From NCBI GenBank assembly GCA_035308265.1, contig DATGHB010000403.1, positions 1 to 59,046 on the forward strand: 59,046 nucleotides of DNA. Direction: 5' to 3'. The position numbers were made by a program, and so were the translations under genes. Of the stretch, positions 7,915 to 17,760 are shown piece by piece. The notes beneath the pieces are model-generated. The model worked only from the letters and a program-made list of their open reading frames with translations. It was not told the origin of the DNA and made no database searches. Each line of letters opens with the position of its first letter. Positions within the stretch are counted from its first letter, which is position 1. Origin of the DNA: Roseiarcus sp. (GTDB lineage: Bacteria; Pseudomonadota; Alphaproteobacteria; Rhizobiales; Beijerinckiaceae).

Positions 7915-10442
7915 TCGGCGCCGCTCTTATCCGCCAGATGACGCATGCCCAAAAGCCCGATCAGGACAGCGCCCTGAGCGGCGGCGTTGAAATCGCTGCT
8001 GACGCCGAGAGCGCCGAGCAGCGCGCCGATCAGCGCCAGCGTCACCGCTCCGAGCGCCGCGCCGACGGGCGCCACAATACCGCCGGTCAGCGCGCATCCT
8101 CCCATCACCACCGCCGCAACGCTGAGCAGCGTGTAGGAATTGCCGGAGTTGATGTCGCTCGAGGAATTGATCGCCGTCAGCGACAATCCGGCCGCGGCGG
8201 AAAACAATCCAGCGATCAGATAGCGGATCACGCTATAGCGGAGCGCGGGCCAGCCCGACGCGATCATTGCCGCCGGGTTCGCGCCGAAGCCGCGGAGCGC
8301 GACGCCGAGCGGCGCCCAATCAAGGAGCGCGCCGACCGCCGCGACGGCGCCGATCAGGACAATCGAAGTCGGCGTGTGGGGAATCGACCAGCCGGTCAGC
8401 GCGCTGAGCCAGTCGGGGCTTGCGCCCCCGGGAGTGGGCTGGATCGAATAGCCAATCCCCAACCAGATGAACGACGCGCCGAGGGTCACGACGATGGCCG
8501 GGATCTTGCGGCTCTGGATGACCGCGCCGATCATCGCGTAGGCGACGACGACGGCGGCGATCGCGAGCGCCCCCAGGGCCGGACGATCGTAAAGCAGGGT
8601 CGCGCTCAGAACGCTGACGAGACCGGCGAACGCTCCGACCCCGAGGTCGATCTCGGCGCCGCCGACGACGAACATCTGCGCTTCCGTCACCAGGACGAGC
8701 GAGAGCGCCGGCATGAGCAGGAGGTCGATGCCGAAGACGGAGGCCACCGACGGGTTGGCGGCGATCATCACCGCAAGAACCAAAGCAAGGCCCAGGAGAG
8801 GCGCGGCGTCGACGAGCCGGTCCAACAGCCGAAGTCTCTCGCCGCCTCTCCTTTCGCCTCGCTCCGGCCCGGTTGCGGCGAGATGCGAGAAGGAGGCCGC
8901 GACGACCGCCTCCTCGGTGAGAGCCGGGCCGCTCAGCTCGCGCACGATCTTGCCGTTGGCGAAGACGAGCACCCGGTCGCAGGCGATCAGCTCGGCGTCC
9001 TCGGTGGTGTGCCAGATCAGGGTGCGGCCCTCACGGGCGAGCTCGCTGCACAGGCGATAGAAATCCTGCTTGGTGGCGATGTCGACCCCGCGGGTCGGAT
9101 CGTCGAGCAGCACGATCAAAGTCTCCGCCGCCACCGCCCGCGACACCAGGGCCTTCTGCTGATTGCCGCCGCTGAGCTCTCCGATGCGCGAATCGAATCG
9201 CGCAAGGTCGAGCCGAATCCGCTCGGCGGCCGGCCTGGCCGCCTCGCGCTCCTTCCGGTCGGAAACGAGCCCAAGGGCAGGACGAGGCCCGACCCGGCCG
9301 ATCGACACATTGGCGAGCACGCTCCACAGCGGAAATACGCCCTCCTTCTGCCGGTCGCCGGACACGAAGCTTGCGGGCGCAGCGCGGGTCACGACGCCGG
9401 CCGAGTCGCGTTCTCTCTGGTAGATCGCGCGCAAGAGGGCCTTCTGCCCTTGCCCTTCGAGGCCCGCGAGGCCGATGATCTCGCCACGGCGGAAGCTGAC
9501 CGGCGCGCCGCCGTCGACAAAGGCGGCGCCGACCCGCACAACCTCGTCCCTGACGCTCGCCTCGCGCTCAATTCGGTGGTGGATCGCCGTGGCTTCGCCG
9601 CCCATCAGCTCGACGAGCCTCCCGGCCGAGGCTCCCGACGCCGCGCCCTGCCAGGCGACGCGGCCATTGCGAAGCACGAGGACGCGTGAGGCGACGTCCA
9701 TGATTTCGTGCAGCTTATGGCTGATGAAGATGAACGCGAGGCCCGAGCGGGCGCGCTCGCGCACGTAGTCGCGCAATTGCCGGGAGCGCTCGAGGTCGAG
9801 CGCCGAGGTGGGCTCGTCCAGCACGATCAGGCGCACGCCGGGGGTCGCGGTCGCGCGCGCGATTTCGACCATCTGCCGCTCGCCGATCGACAGACGGTCG
9901 ATGCGCTGATCGGCGTCGATCCGGTTGCCCGGGAAGACGGCGTCCAGCGCCGCGCGCGCCGCTCGGCGGTAGAAATTGCGCCAGCCGGGCCTCGCGCTCC
10001 CGTGCTGCGGGGCCTCGATGAAGAAGTTTTCCGCGACGGTCAACGTCGCGCACAGCGACAATTCCTGATGGACCATCCGGATGCCGCGCCGCTGCGCCGC
10101 GCCGGCGTCGTAATTGGTGAAGGAAACCTCGGCGCCGTCAAAGGAGACCCGCCCCAGCGTCGGCGCGATCATCCCGCACAGGATTCGCATCAGCGTCGAC
10201 TTGCCAGCCCCGTTGCCGCCGACAAGGCCGACCACGTCGGAGGCGGCCACCGCAAAGTCGATGTCCGCGCTGGCGAGCGTGGGTCCGAACGCCTTCGTGA
10301 CCCCGGTGAGCTCGACCAGCCAGGTTCGCGGCCCGATCTCGTTCGGTTCAACGAGTCCGGGCGCGCGGGCGCCGCGATCTGGCAAGGGCTCCTCCCGCGC
10401 GAAGGGCGTCGGGCGCCTTGAGCCAGGCGCCCGAACCTCCAC
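7911..10442 (-). CDS. Sugar ABC transporter: tandem ATPase (RbsA-like) fused to a permease domain
   Basis: GGNGAGKST, LSIGERQ/DEPT, a second LSGGNQQK/DDPTRGVD, then an RbsC-like membrane domain (GAEIDLGVG, SVAAVVMGG) in one frame. Start is uncertain. Confidence 0.88.
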   Translation of the reverse strand: MEVRAPGSRRPTPFAREEPLPDRGARAPGLVEPNEIGPRTWLVELTGVTKAFGPTLASADIDFAVAASDVVGLVGGNGAGKSTLMRILCGMIAPTLGRVSFDGAEVSFTNYDAGAAQRRGIRMVHQELSLCATLTVAENFFIEAPQHGSARPGWRNFYRRAARAALDAVFPGNRIDADQRIDRLSIGERQMVEIARATATPGVRLIVLDEPTSALDLERSRQLRDYVRERARSGLAFIFISHKLHEIMDVASRVLVLRNGRVAWQGAASGASAGRLVELMGGEATAIHHRIEREASVRDEVVRVGAAFVDGGAPVSFRRGEIIGLAGLEGQGQKALLRAIYQRERDSAGVVTRAAPASFVSGDRQKEGVFPLWSVLANVSIGRVGPRPALGLVSDRKEREAARPAAERIRLDLARFDSRIGELSGGNQQKALVSRAVAAETLIVLLDDPTRGVDIATKQDFYRLCSELAREGRTLIWHTTEDAELIACDRVLVFANGKIVRELSGPALTEEAVVAASFSHLAATGPERGERRGGERLRLLDRLVDAAPLLGLALVLAVMIAANPSVASVFGIDLLLMPALSLVLVTEAQMFVVGGAEIDLGVGAFAGLVSVLSATLLYDRPALGALAIAAVVVAYAMIGAVIQSRKIPAIVVTLGASFIWLGIGYSIQPTPGGASPDWLSALTGWSIPHTPTSIVLIGAVAAVGALLDWAPLGVALRGFGANPAAMIASGWPALRYSVIRYLIAGLFSAAAGLSLTAINSSSDINSGNSYTLLSVAAVVMGGCALTGGIVAPVGAALGAVTLALIGALLGALGVSSDFNAAAQGAVLIGLLGMRHLADKSGAE

Positions 10443-10457
10443 GCTACAGCACCCGCC

Positions 10458-11474
10458 TCATTTCGACAGCAGGTTCTGCTTGACCCAGTCGAGCGAATAT
10501 GTCGGGCTGATGATCTGGCCGGAAGGCAGCTTGGCGTACTCGTCGAGATTGCTCGCATCGACCGTCGCGACCGGCATGATCATCAGTTTCGGCGCCTTGG
10601 CGCCTTCGATGAGCGAGACGCCGAGCCACAGCGCCGCGCCGCCGATTCCCGGCGTCGTATTCATCGAGACCGTCTGGTAGCCGTTTTTCTTGTTCTCGGC
10701 CGCCCACCACTTGACGAAGTCCGTTCCGCCGCCGCCCTCGATGATCGGCATGTGGTTGACGTAGCCGTCGCCATATTGGGTGAAAGCCTGCGCAATGCCC
10801 ACGTCGTCGCTGCCGCCCTGGCCGAGAACCGCGTCCACGTGCGGCAGGCTCGGAAGGACGTTGGCGATCGCCGACTGCGCCACCGAGGCGGTCGCCTGAC
10901 CATAGACCGTGGCGACAACCTTGATGTCCGGATATTTCTTCAGGACCGAGACCTGCGCGTTATACATGTCGTTGTCGGGCGCCGATCCCTTGACGCCGCG
11001 CACCTGAATGACATTGCCCTTGCCGTGCAGCATCTTGAAGACGGCTTCGGCCTGCTGCGCCTTGTAGCCCTTGAAATCGAAATTGAGCTGATAGTTGCAT
11101 GGAGCATTGGCGATCGAATCGAACGAGATCACGATGACGCCTGCCTTGCACGCTTTCTCGATCACGCCATTGACCGCGGTTTCGGAAGCGGCGTCGACGA
11201 GCAGCACGTCGACCTTCTTGAGGATCAGTTCGCCGATCTGGCTGTTCTGCTGGGCGACCGAGCCGTCGCCGTTCATGACGATGTAGTCGGCGATCTTGCC
11301 CTCGCTCTTGGCCTGTTTGGCCGCCGCCTCGAACGCCTCGACCATCTGGTGGCGCCAGGTGTTCCCGAAATAGGCGTTCGACAGCGCAACGACGGGCGCT
11401 TGAGGCGTCGCCATCGCCGGCGCGGCCGCGGACGAAAGCAAAAGTACAGCGAGTAAGGCTACTGGGGATTTCAT
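10458..11474 (-). CDS. Sugar ABC transporter periplasmic binding protein (RbsB-like)
   Basis: ATG 11474 with GGAGGA RBS, signal peptide MKSPVALLAVLLLSSAAAPAMA, then LSNAYFGNTWRHQM. The upstream extension in the ORF track is a shadow of the GntR gene. Confidence 0.9.
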   Translation of the reverse strand: MKSPVALLAVLLLSSAAAPAMATPQAPVVALSNAYFGNTWRHQMVEAFEAAAKQAKSEGKIADYIVMNGDGSVAQQNSQIGELILKKVDVLLVDAASETAVNGVIEKACKAGVIVISFDSIANAPCNYQLNFDFKGYKAQQAEAVFKMLHGKGNVIQVRGVKGSAPDNDMYNAQVSVLKKYPDIKVVATVYGQATASVAQSAIANVLPSLPHVDAVLGQGGSDDVGIAQAFTQYGDGYVNHMPIIEGGGGTDFVKWWAAENKKNGYQTVSMNTTPGIGGAALWLGVSLIEGAKAPKLMIMPVATVDASNLDEYAKLPSGQIISPTYSLDWVKQNLLSK

Positions 11475-11517
11475 CTGGCTCCTCCCGGGACACGCGCTCA
11501 TCACGCTTGAGCGCGAG

Positions 11518-11537
11518 TTGGATACATAGTATACCAG
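11518..11537 (-). promoter_or_regulatory. Candidate GntR/FadR operator upstream of the ABC operon
   Basis: Minus strand reads CTGGTATACTATGTATCCAA, 18/20 identical to 12448-12467. Confidence 0.7.
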
Positions 11538-12407
11538 TTGCCGCGTTGGCAAGCTCGTCAGGGCGGGACGCCCCGCCCTGTCAGCGGCGGAAACTCGGAC
11601 CATCGAGGGGCGGCGAAACCGCCCCTGATCATCGGCGCCGGAGATTGTGAAACCTTGGCCGGGCGAAGCCAGACGCAGGGCGACGCGTCGCTCAGGAAGC
11701 AGGACCCGCTGACGCGGCCGAAGCTGGCGGAACTCGTCCAGAACCGCCTGCTGGAGGTCATCAGAGCCGAGAACCTGCGGCCGGGCGACCCTCTTCCGTC
11801 CGAGCGCGAGCTCATGCAGAGCTATGCGGTGGGACGCCCGTCGATCCGCGAGGCCATGCAGAACCTGAAGCGCATGGGGCTGATCGAGATCAATCACGGA
11901 GAAAGGCCAAGGATCGCTGCGCCTTCGTTCGAGCGCATGGTCGCCGGGATGAGCGAGACGATGCGCCATGTGCTGGTGAATTCGCCCGCCACTCTGGATC
12001 ATCTCAAGGAGGCGCGCGCCACATTCGAAATGACCATGGCGCGGATCGCGGCCCGAAAGCGCACGCTGGAGGATGTCGAAGACCTGCGCCGGATCCTGGC
12101 GGAACAGGAACGGGCGCGTCTCGACTCGAACGCCTTCCTCGAAGCCGACGGCCGGTTTCATCATCGCATCGCCCTCATCACCGGCAACCCGATCTTCGCC
12201 AACCTGAGCCAGGCGCTGTTTGCGTGGCTTGCCCGATTTCATTTCGACCTTGTCCGCAAGCCGGGTCTCGAACAGCTCACGCTCGCCGAGCACCGCCAGA
12301 TTCTGGAAGCCATCGAGCGCGGCGAACCGGACGAGGCCGCGAGACTGACGGCCGACCACCTGAACCGCGCCAACAATCTCTACAACCGGGACAACTTTCG
12401 CGCCTGA
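11538..12407 (+). CDS. GntR/FadR-family regulator (NanR-like); true start probably near TTG 11655
   Basis: wHTH PGDPLPSERELMQSYAVGRPSIREAMQNL plus FCD domain (ADGRFHHRIA, EHRQIL). Confidence 0.92.
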   Translation: MPRWQARQGGTPRPVSGGNSDHRGAAKPPLIIGAGDCETLAGRSQTQGDASLRKQDPLTRPKLAELVQNRLLEVIRAENLRPGDPLPSERELMQSYAVGRPSIREAMQNLKRMGLIEINHGERPRIAAPSFERMVAGMSETMRHVLVNSPATLDHLKEARATFEMTMARIAARKRTLEDVEDLRRILAEQERARLDSNAFLEADGRFHHRIALITGNPIFANLSQALFAWLARFHFDLVRKPGLEQLTLAEHRQILEAIERGEPDEAARLTADHLNRANNLYNRDNFRA

Positions 12408-12447
12408 CGCGGCGCCGTCTTGCCCAAGGGTTGTCTGCGTTCCCATG

Positions 12448-12467
12448 CTGGTATACTGAGTATCCAA
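12448..12467 (+). promoter_or_regulatory. Candidate GntR/FadR operator upstream of the RLP operon
   Basis: CTGGTATACTGAGTATCCAA, near-identical to the site at 11518-11537. Confidence 0.7.
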
Positions 12468-12604
12468 AGAGGGAGACCGTGGGAAACAAGCGAACCCTTG
12501 TGCGGCGCATCGGCGCGGACCGCGGGCGAGGCCCGCTCGGCGACCGACTCGCGTCGGCGTTCGATTGGGTCCGCCGACCTTGTCGAACCGAGGAGAATGC
12601 GCCC

Positions 12605-13864
12605 ATGAGCGTCGAGCGCATCGAGGCCGACTACCTCATCGAAACGGCCTACGACGTGCGTAAGGCTGTCGAAGCAATGGCCGGCGAACAGTCCTCCGGA
12701 ACTTTCATTCCGGTTCCCGGCGAAACGCCGGAACTCAAGGCCCGCTCGGCTGCCCGCGTCGAAAGCGTGAAGATTCTGGGCGAGGCGGACGGCCCAAGCC
12801 TTCCCGGATCGGGCGTTCCCCGCGAAGGCGCGCGTCGCATGACGGCGCGCGCGACCCTTTCCTGGCCGCTCGACAATATCGGGCCTTCGCTGCCCAACCT
12901 GATGGCGACCGTCGCCGGCAATCTGTTCGAGCTCAAGCAGTTCTCGGGCTTGCGCATTCTCGACATGCGGCTGCCGGACGCCTTCGCGGCCGCCTATCCC
13001 GGCCCCAAATTCGGCGTCGAGGGCACGCGCAAACTGACCGGCGTGCGCGGCCGGCCGTTGATCGGCACGATCGTCAAGCCCTCGATCGGCTTCACGCCTG
13101 GGCAGACCGCGGAACTCGTGGATGTGTTGTGCGCGGCCGGCATCGACTTCATCAAGGACGACGAATTGCAGTCGGACGGCGCCTTGTGTCCGTTCGGCGA
13201 GCGCGTGCGCGCGGCGATGCGGGTCATCGACCGTCACGCCGAACGCAGCGGCCGGAAAGTCATGTTCGCGTTCAACCTCACCGGCGAGATCGATGAAATG
13301 CGCCGCCGCCACGACCTCGTCGAGAGCCTCGGCGGCACATGCGTGATGGCGAGTCTCAATTCGGTCGGGGTCGCCGGAATGATCGCGCTCGGGCGCCACG
13401 CGCGCTTGGCCGTTCACGCGCACCGGAACGGATGGGGCTACCTCTCGCGCCATCCTGCGCTCGGCTGGTCCTATGTCGCCTGGCAGAAAATCTGGCGCCT
13501 CGCCGGGGCCGACCACATGCACGTCAATGGGCTCGCCAACAAGTTCAGCGAATCCGACGAGAGCGTGACGGAATCGGCCCGGGCCTGCCTCACGCCGATG
13601 TTCGACGGCAAGCCGTGTACGGTGATGCCGGTGTTTTCCTCAGGGCAATCGGCGCGGCAGGCGGCGGGCACGCTCGCCGCGCTCGGCTCGACCGATCTCA
13701 TCTTCGCCGCCGGCGGGGGCATCATGGGCCACCCGGGCGGGCCGGCCGAAGGCGTGCGCGCGCTGAGGGAATCCTTCGACGCCGCGATCGCCGGCGTTCC
13801 GGTCGAACGCTACGCTTCCACCCATCCCTCGCTTGCGGCGGCGCTGACGATGGCCTCCGCATGA
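12605..13864 (+). CDS. RuBisCO-like protein (form IV), 3-oxo-isoapionate-4-phosphate transcarboxylase/decarboxylase type
   Basis: AGEQSSGTF, GTIVKPSIG, DFIKDDE carbamylation motif and GGGIMGHPGG. Adjacent to the kinase and apnO. Confidence 0.88.
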   Translation: MSVERIEADYLIETAYDVRKAVEAMAGEQSSGTFIPVPGETPELKARSAARVESVKILGEADGPSLPGSGVPREGARRMTARATLSWPLDNIGPSLPNLMATVAGNLFELKQFSGLRILDMRLPDAFAAAYPGPKFGVEGTRKLTGVRGRPLIGTIVKPSIGFTPGQTAELVDVLCAAGIDFIKDDELQSDGALCPFGERVRAAMRVIDRHAERSGRKVMFAFNLTGEIDEMRRRHDLVESLGGTCVMASLNSVGVAGMIALGRHARLAVHAHRNGWGYLSRHPALGWSYVAWQKIWRLAGADHMHVNGLANKFSESDESVTESARACLTPMFDGKPCTVMPVFSSGQSARQAAGTLAALGSTDLIFAAGGGIMGHPGGPAEGVRALRESFDAAIAGVPVERYASTHPSLAAALTMASA

Positions 13865-15267
13865 GCGAGTCCGCCGGCCTTCCCGCCGGGGTCCTGATCG
13901 CTTTCTACGGCGACGATTTCACGGGGTCTTCGGCGGTCATGGAGGTGATGACCTTCGCCGGCCTGCCCGCGGTGATGTTCGTCGAGACGCCAACGCCCGA
14001 GCAGCTCGAGCGCTTCCGGAGCTACCGGGCGATCGGCGTCGCCGGCGTCGCCCGGGCGCAGCGGCCCGGCTGGATGGACGCTCATCTGCCAGGTCCTTTC
14101 CGCGCGCTCGCCGGGCTCAAGGCGCCGGTGACGCACTACAAGATTTGTTCCACGCTCGACTCCTCGCCAGCCGTGGGGTCGGTCGGCCGGGCGATCGACA
14201 TCGGCGCGCCCATCTTCAGCGAGACGCCCGGGGCGGCGAACTGGCAGCCGCTCGTGGTCGCCGCGCCGGCCATCGGACGCTACCAGGCGTTCGGCAATCT
14301 CTTCGCGGCGTCCGGAGACTGCGTTTACCGTCTCGACCGCCATCCCGTGATGCGGCGACATCCGGTCACGCCGATGGATGAGGCCGACGTACGCCTGCAC
14401 GTCGGCAAACAGACCTCGCGCGCAATCGGCCTCGTCGATTTCGTGGCCATGAAGCGCGGCGCGGGACTTCAAATGTTCGACGCCGAGCTCGAGCAGGGGC
14501 GATCCCTGCTCGCGCTCGACATTGTCGACGATGAAACGCTGCGTTGGGTGGGCGAGCTGATGTGGAGGCGGCGCCGTCAATCCCTCTTCGCCATCGGGTC
14601 GCAGGGCGTCGAATACGCGCTCGTCGCCCATTGGCGCGCCGAAGGGTGGCTTCCCGACAGAGCAGGGCGTCACTCGGCTTCCGAACACTCACAGATCGTC
14701 GCTGTCTCCGGTTCGGTCTCGCCGGTCAGCGCCTCCCAGATCGAATGGGCGCAAACGAACGGCTTCGACCTCATTGATTTCGCCGCCGAAGCAAGCCTCG
14801 ACGACCGGCGCTGCCGAGCCGAGATCGACGCGGCGACTGAGCGGGCGCGCGCCACGCTCTCGAACGGGCGATCCCCGCTCGTCGCGACCGCGCGGGGCCC
14901 CAATGACGAAGCCGTCGCCCGGTTTCGGGCCAAACTCGCCGCCTCGGGCTGCGATCCGGTCGAAATCAACGCGCGAATCGGCCGGGCTTTGGGCGAAATT
15001 CTCAGGCGTGTCGTCGGCGAAACGCGCATCAGGCGCGCCGCCGTATCCGGCGGCGACACCTCAGGCTTCGCCACGGGCGCGCTCGGCGCCTATGCGCTTG
15101 AGGCAATCGCGCCGATCGCCCCGGGAGCTCCGCTTTGCCGCGCGCACTCGACCGATCCCAGGGTGGATGGGATCGAGATTGCGCTGAAAGGCGGGCAGAT
15201 GGGCGAGGCGGATTTTTTTGGATCGGTTCGCGCAGGACGCGCGACAACGTGTGGAGGAACGAGGTGA
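13861..15267 (+). CDS. oiaK: Four-carbon acid sugar kinase family (DUF1537), probable 3-oxo-isoapionate kinase
   Basis: YGDDFTGS, HYKICSTLDSS, GGDTSG and LKGGQMG motifs. ATGA overlap with the RLP gene. Confidence 0.8.
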   Translation: MSESAGLPAGVLIAFYGDDFTGSSAVMEVMTFAGLPAVMFVETPTPEQLERFRSYRAIGVAGVARAQRPGWMDAHLPGPFRALAGLKAPVTHYKICSTLDSSPAVGSVGRAIDIGAPIFSETPGAANWQPLVVAAPAIGRYQAFGNLFAASGDCVYRLDRHPVMRRHPVTPMDEADVRLHVGKQTSRAIGLVDFVAMKRGAGLQMFDAELEQGRSLLALDIVDDETLRWVGELMWRRRRQSLFAIGSQGVEYALVAHWRAEGWLPDRAGRHSASEHSQIVAVSGSVSPVSASQIEWAQTNGFDLIDFAAEASLDDRRCRAEIDAATERARATLSNGRSPLVATARGPNDEAVARFRAKLAASGCDPVEINARIGRALGEILRRVVGETRIRRAAVSGGDTSGFATGALGAYALEAIAPIAPGAPLCRAHSTDPRVDGIEIALKGGQMGEADFFGSVRAGRATTCGGTR

Positions 15268-16112
15268 CGAAAATTGCATTGCTCGGCGCCGGCGGGAAGA
15301 TGGGGGTGCGCCTCTCAACCAACCTCAAGGACACCCGGTTCGACGTCGATCACGTCGAGGTCTCCGAGGAAGGGCGCGCACGTCTCAAGAAGACGCTGGG
15401 AATCGAGTGCATGGAGCAGGGCCAAGCGGTTTCGTCCGCCGACGCGGTGGTCATGGCGGTGCCGGACCGGCTGATCGGCAAGATCCTGAAAACCTTCGTC
15501 AACGACCTTCGCTCAGGGGCGAAGGTCGTCATGCTTGACGCGGCGGCCCCACACGCCGGCGAACTGCCAGAGCGCGACGACATCACCTATTTTGTCACCC
15601 ATCCGTGCCATCCGCCGATCTTCAACGACGAAACCGACCCGAAGGCGAAGACCGACCATTTCGGGGGAATCTACGCCAAGCAGCATATAGTCTGCGCGCT
15701 CATGCAGGGGCCGGAGGCGCATTACGCGGAATGCGAGGAGATCGCCCGCCAGATCTATAAGCCGGTGATGCGCGCGCATCGGTGCACCGTCGAACAGATG
15801 GCCATTCTCGAGCCGGCGCTCTCGGAGACGGTCGGCGCGACGCTCGCGCTCGCGCTTAAGGAGGCGACGGACGAGGCTGTCCGCCGAGGCGTGCCGAAAC
15901 AGGCGGCGATCGACTTCATCATCGGCCATCTCAACATCGAGCTCGCGATCGCATTCGGGATTTTCCCCGAGGGCCGGTTTTCGGACGGCGCCCTGCAGGC
16001 GATCGACAAGGCGAGGCCGGTCATCTTCCGCGAGGGATGGATCGACCGTGTGTTCGCGCCCGCGGCGGTCATGGAGTCGGTCAAGGCCATTTGCGAGGTT
16101 CCGGCCGGGTGA
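15264..16112 (+). CDS. apnO: D-apionate oxidoisomerase
   Basis: GTG start overlapping the kinase stop. KIALLGAGGKMG, LDAAAPHAG, HPCHPPIF, IVCALMQGPE and ILEPALSET motifs, plus gene context. Confidence 0.82.
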   Translation: MTKIALLGAGGKMGVRLSTNLKDTRFDVDHVEVSEEGRARLKKTLGIECMEQGQAVSSADAVVMAVPDRLIGKILKTFVNDLRSGAKVVMLDAAAPHAGELPERDDITYFVTHPCHPPIFNDETDPKAKTDHFGGIYAKQHIVCALMQGPEAHYAECEEIARQIYKPVMRAHRCTVEQMAILEPALSETVGATLALALKEATDEAVRRGVPKQAAIDFIIGHLNIELAIAFGIFPEGRFSDGALQAIDKARPVIFREGWIDRVFAPAAVMESVKAICEVPAG

Positions 16113-16415
16113 AGGGCGCGCCTCAACTCACCGCGTCGGCGCCGATGAATCCGTCCAGCCGCCCCCCGGTGAGACCGGCGGCGATCGGCCGCGCCGCCGC
16201 CGGGGCTCAACGGTCCGCATCTGATAATCGAATGCGCGGGGCGTCCCTATTTGATGCGTTGCGATACGCCATTCGAGCAAATTCGTATCAGTTCGTCGCA
16301 ATCCGGTGGCTAGTTCCGTCGAAGGTCTCAATCGTAGTTTGAGCGTGGGATCGAATGTCCCGCCTGACGCTGCCGACGCCGTCGGAGCGAAAGTTCAAAA
16401 TGGAGGAGACGCGAT

Positions 16416-17693
16416 ATGAGCTTGAGAGCCGCTTTGGCCGCCTCTGTCGGCGGCGCGCTGGTCCTGGCCGCAGGTCTTGCGGGCGCCGCCAACGCGGAGC
16501 CCGTCTGCACGCATGATCTACGCGTGCTCGCTCAACCGCGCGACGGACTGACGTTGCTCGAGAAATATAAGGACGAGTTCAAGAAGCTTTCGGGCGCTTC
16601 GTTCGATATCGACTATCTCAACGAGAACGACCGCCGCGCCAAGTCGCGCGCCGACGCTTCGACGGTCGGCAAGTACAATGTCTATTACATCGACGAAGCG
16701 AATATCGCGCTGTTCGCGTCGTCGAAATGGGTTGTGCCGCTGCTCGATTATTATCCGAAGGAATACGACTTCGCCGACTTCGATCCCGGCCGGCAGAAGG
16801 TCGCGACCTACGAAGGCAAGGTCTATTTCGCGCCGTTGACTGGCGGCGGCGACCTGCTCGTCTACCGCAAGGACCTTCTGGAGAAGGCCGGCCTCAAGCC
16901 GCCGACCACGCTCGACGAGATGATCGCGGATGTTAAGAAGCTGAACGACCCCGATCATGGCGTCTACGGCATCGCGCTGCGCGGCCAGCGCGGCTCGGGC
17001 GCGAACGTCTGGCGCTGGATGCCCTACTTCCGCGGCTTCGGCGGCAAGTGGTTCGACGGCAACAAGCCGGTGTTTGACGGCGAGCCGGCGGTGAAAGCGA
17101 CCCAGGTCTATCTCGACCTGTTCAAATATTCGCCGCCCGGCACGAAGACCGGCAGCTGGGACGAATCGACCGGCGCATTCCTCGCCGGCCAGGTGGCGCT
17201 CCTGGTCGAGTCAACCCCGCTCGCGGGCGAAGCGATCGATCCGAAAGTGTCGAAGGTGGTCGGCAAGGTCGGCTACGCGCCGCCGCCTTCGCCGCTGACC
17301 GGCGGCGGCTACGGCCACGGCCTCGCTATCGGCGCCAAGGGCAACAAGGACGAGGAGTCGAAGAAATGCGCCGGTCTCTTCATTGCCTGGGCCACTTCGA
17401 AGGAGAATGAGAAGCGCCGGCTCGACGCTGACCAGTTCGGCGAACTGAACCGCACCAGCATCATCACGAGCGACGAGTTCAATAAGAAGTTCGGCGCCGA
17501 TCTCGGCCAGGCGCTGGCGGAGACGGCCAAGGTGACGGCGGTCAACTTCTGGCAGGATCCCGAGTGGCCGAATCTCGGCGACCATTGGGGCATCGAGCTT
17601 GAAGAGCTGGTCACCGGCACCCGCACCGACATCAAGGGAGCGCTTGACGAACTCAACGCTTACGCAAACACCCTCGTCGCCAATCGCAAGTAG
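16416..17693 (+). CDS. Carbohydrate/polyol ABC transporter binding protein (CUT1)
   Basis: Signal peptide, LVYRKDLLEKAGLKPPTTLDE motif, first gene of an ABC operon. Confidence 0.9.
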   Translation: MSLRAALAASVGGALVLAAGLAGAANAEPVCTHDLRVLAQPRDGLTLLEKYKDEFKKLSGASFDIDYLNENDRRAKSRADASTVGKYNVYYIDEANIALFASSKWVVPLLDYYPKEYDFADFDPGRQKVATYEGKVYFAPLTGGGDLLVYRKDLLEKAGLKPPTTLDEMIADVKKLNDPDHGVYGIALRGQRGSGANVWRWMPYFRGFGGKWFDGNKPVFDGEPAVKATQVYLDLFKYSPPGTKTGSWDESTGAFLAGQVALLVESTPLAGEAIDPKVSKVVGKVGYAPPPSPLTGGGYGHGLAIGAKGNKDEESKKCAGLFIAWATSKENEKRRLDADQFGELNRTSIITSDEFNKKFGADLGQALAETAKVTAVNFWQDPEWPNLGDHWGIELEELVTGTRTDIKGALDELNAYANTLVANRK

Positions 17694-17760
17694 CGTGACT
17701 GAACGGAGCGCCCTTCCGCCCCGCGGCGGGGCGCTCCCCCCCGCTTGACCGCCGTTCACA

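Noticed and set aside
11475-12467. 669-aa N-terminally extended binding protein
   Set aside because: The extension is the antisense of the GntR gene. The signal peptide and RBS define the start at 11474.
12605-13864. Carbon-fixing RuBisCO
   Set aside because: No small subunit, phosphoribulokinase or cbb genes are present. The kinase and apnO context indicates a form IV RLP.
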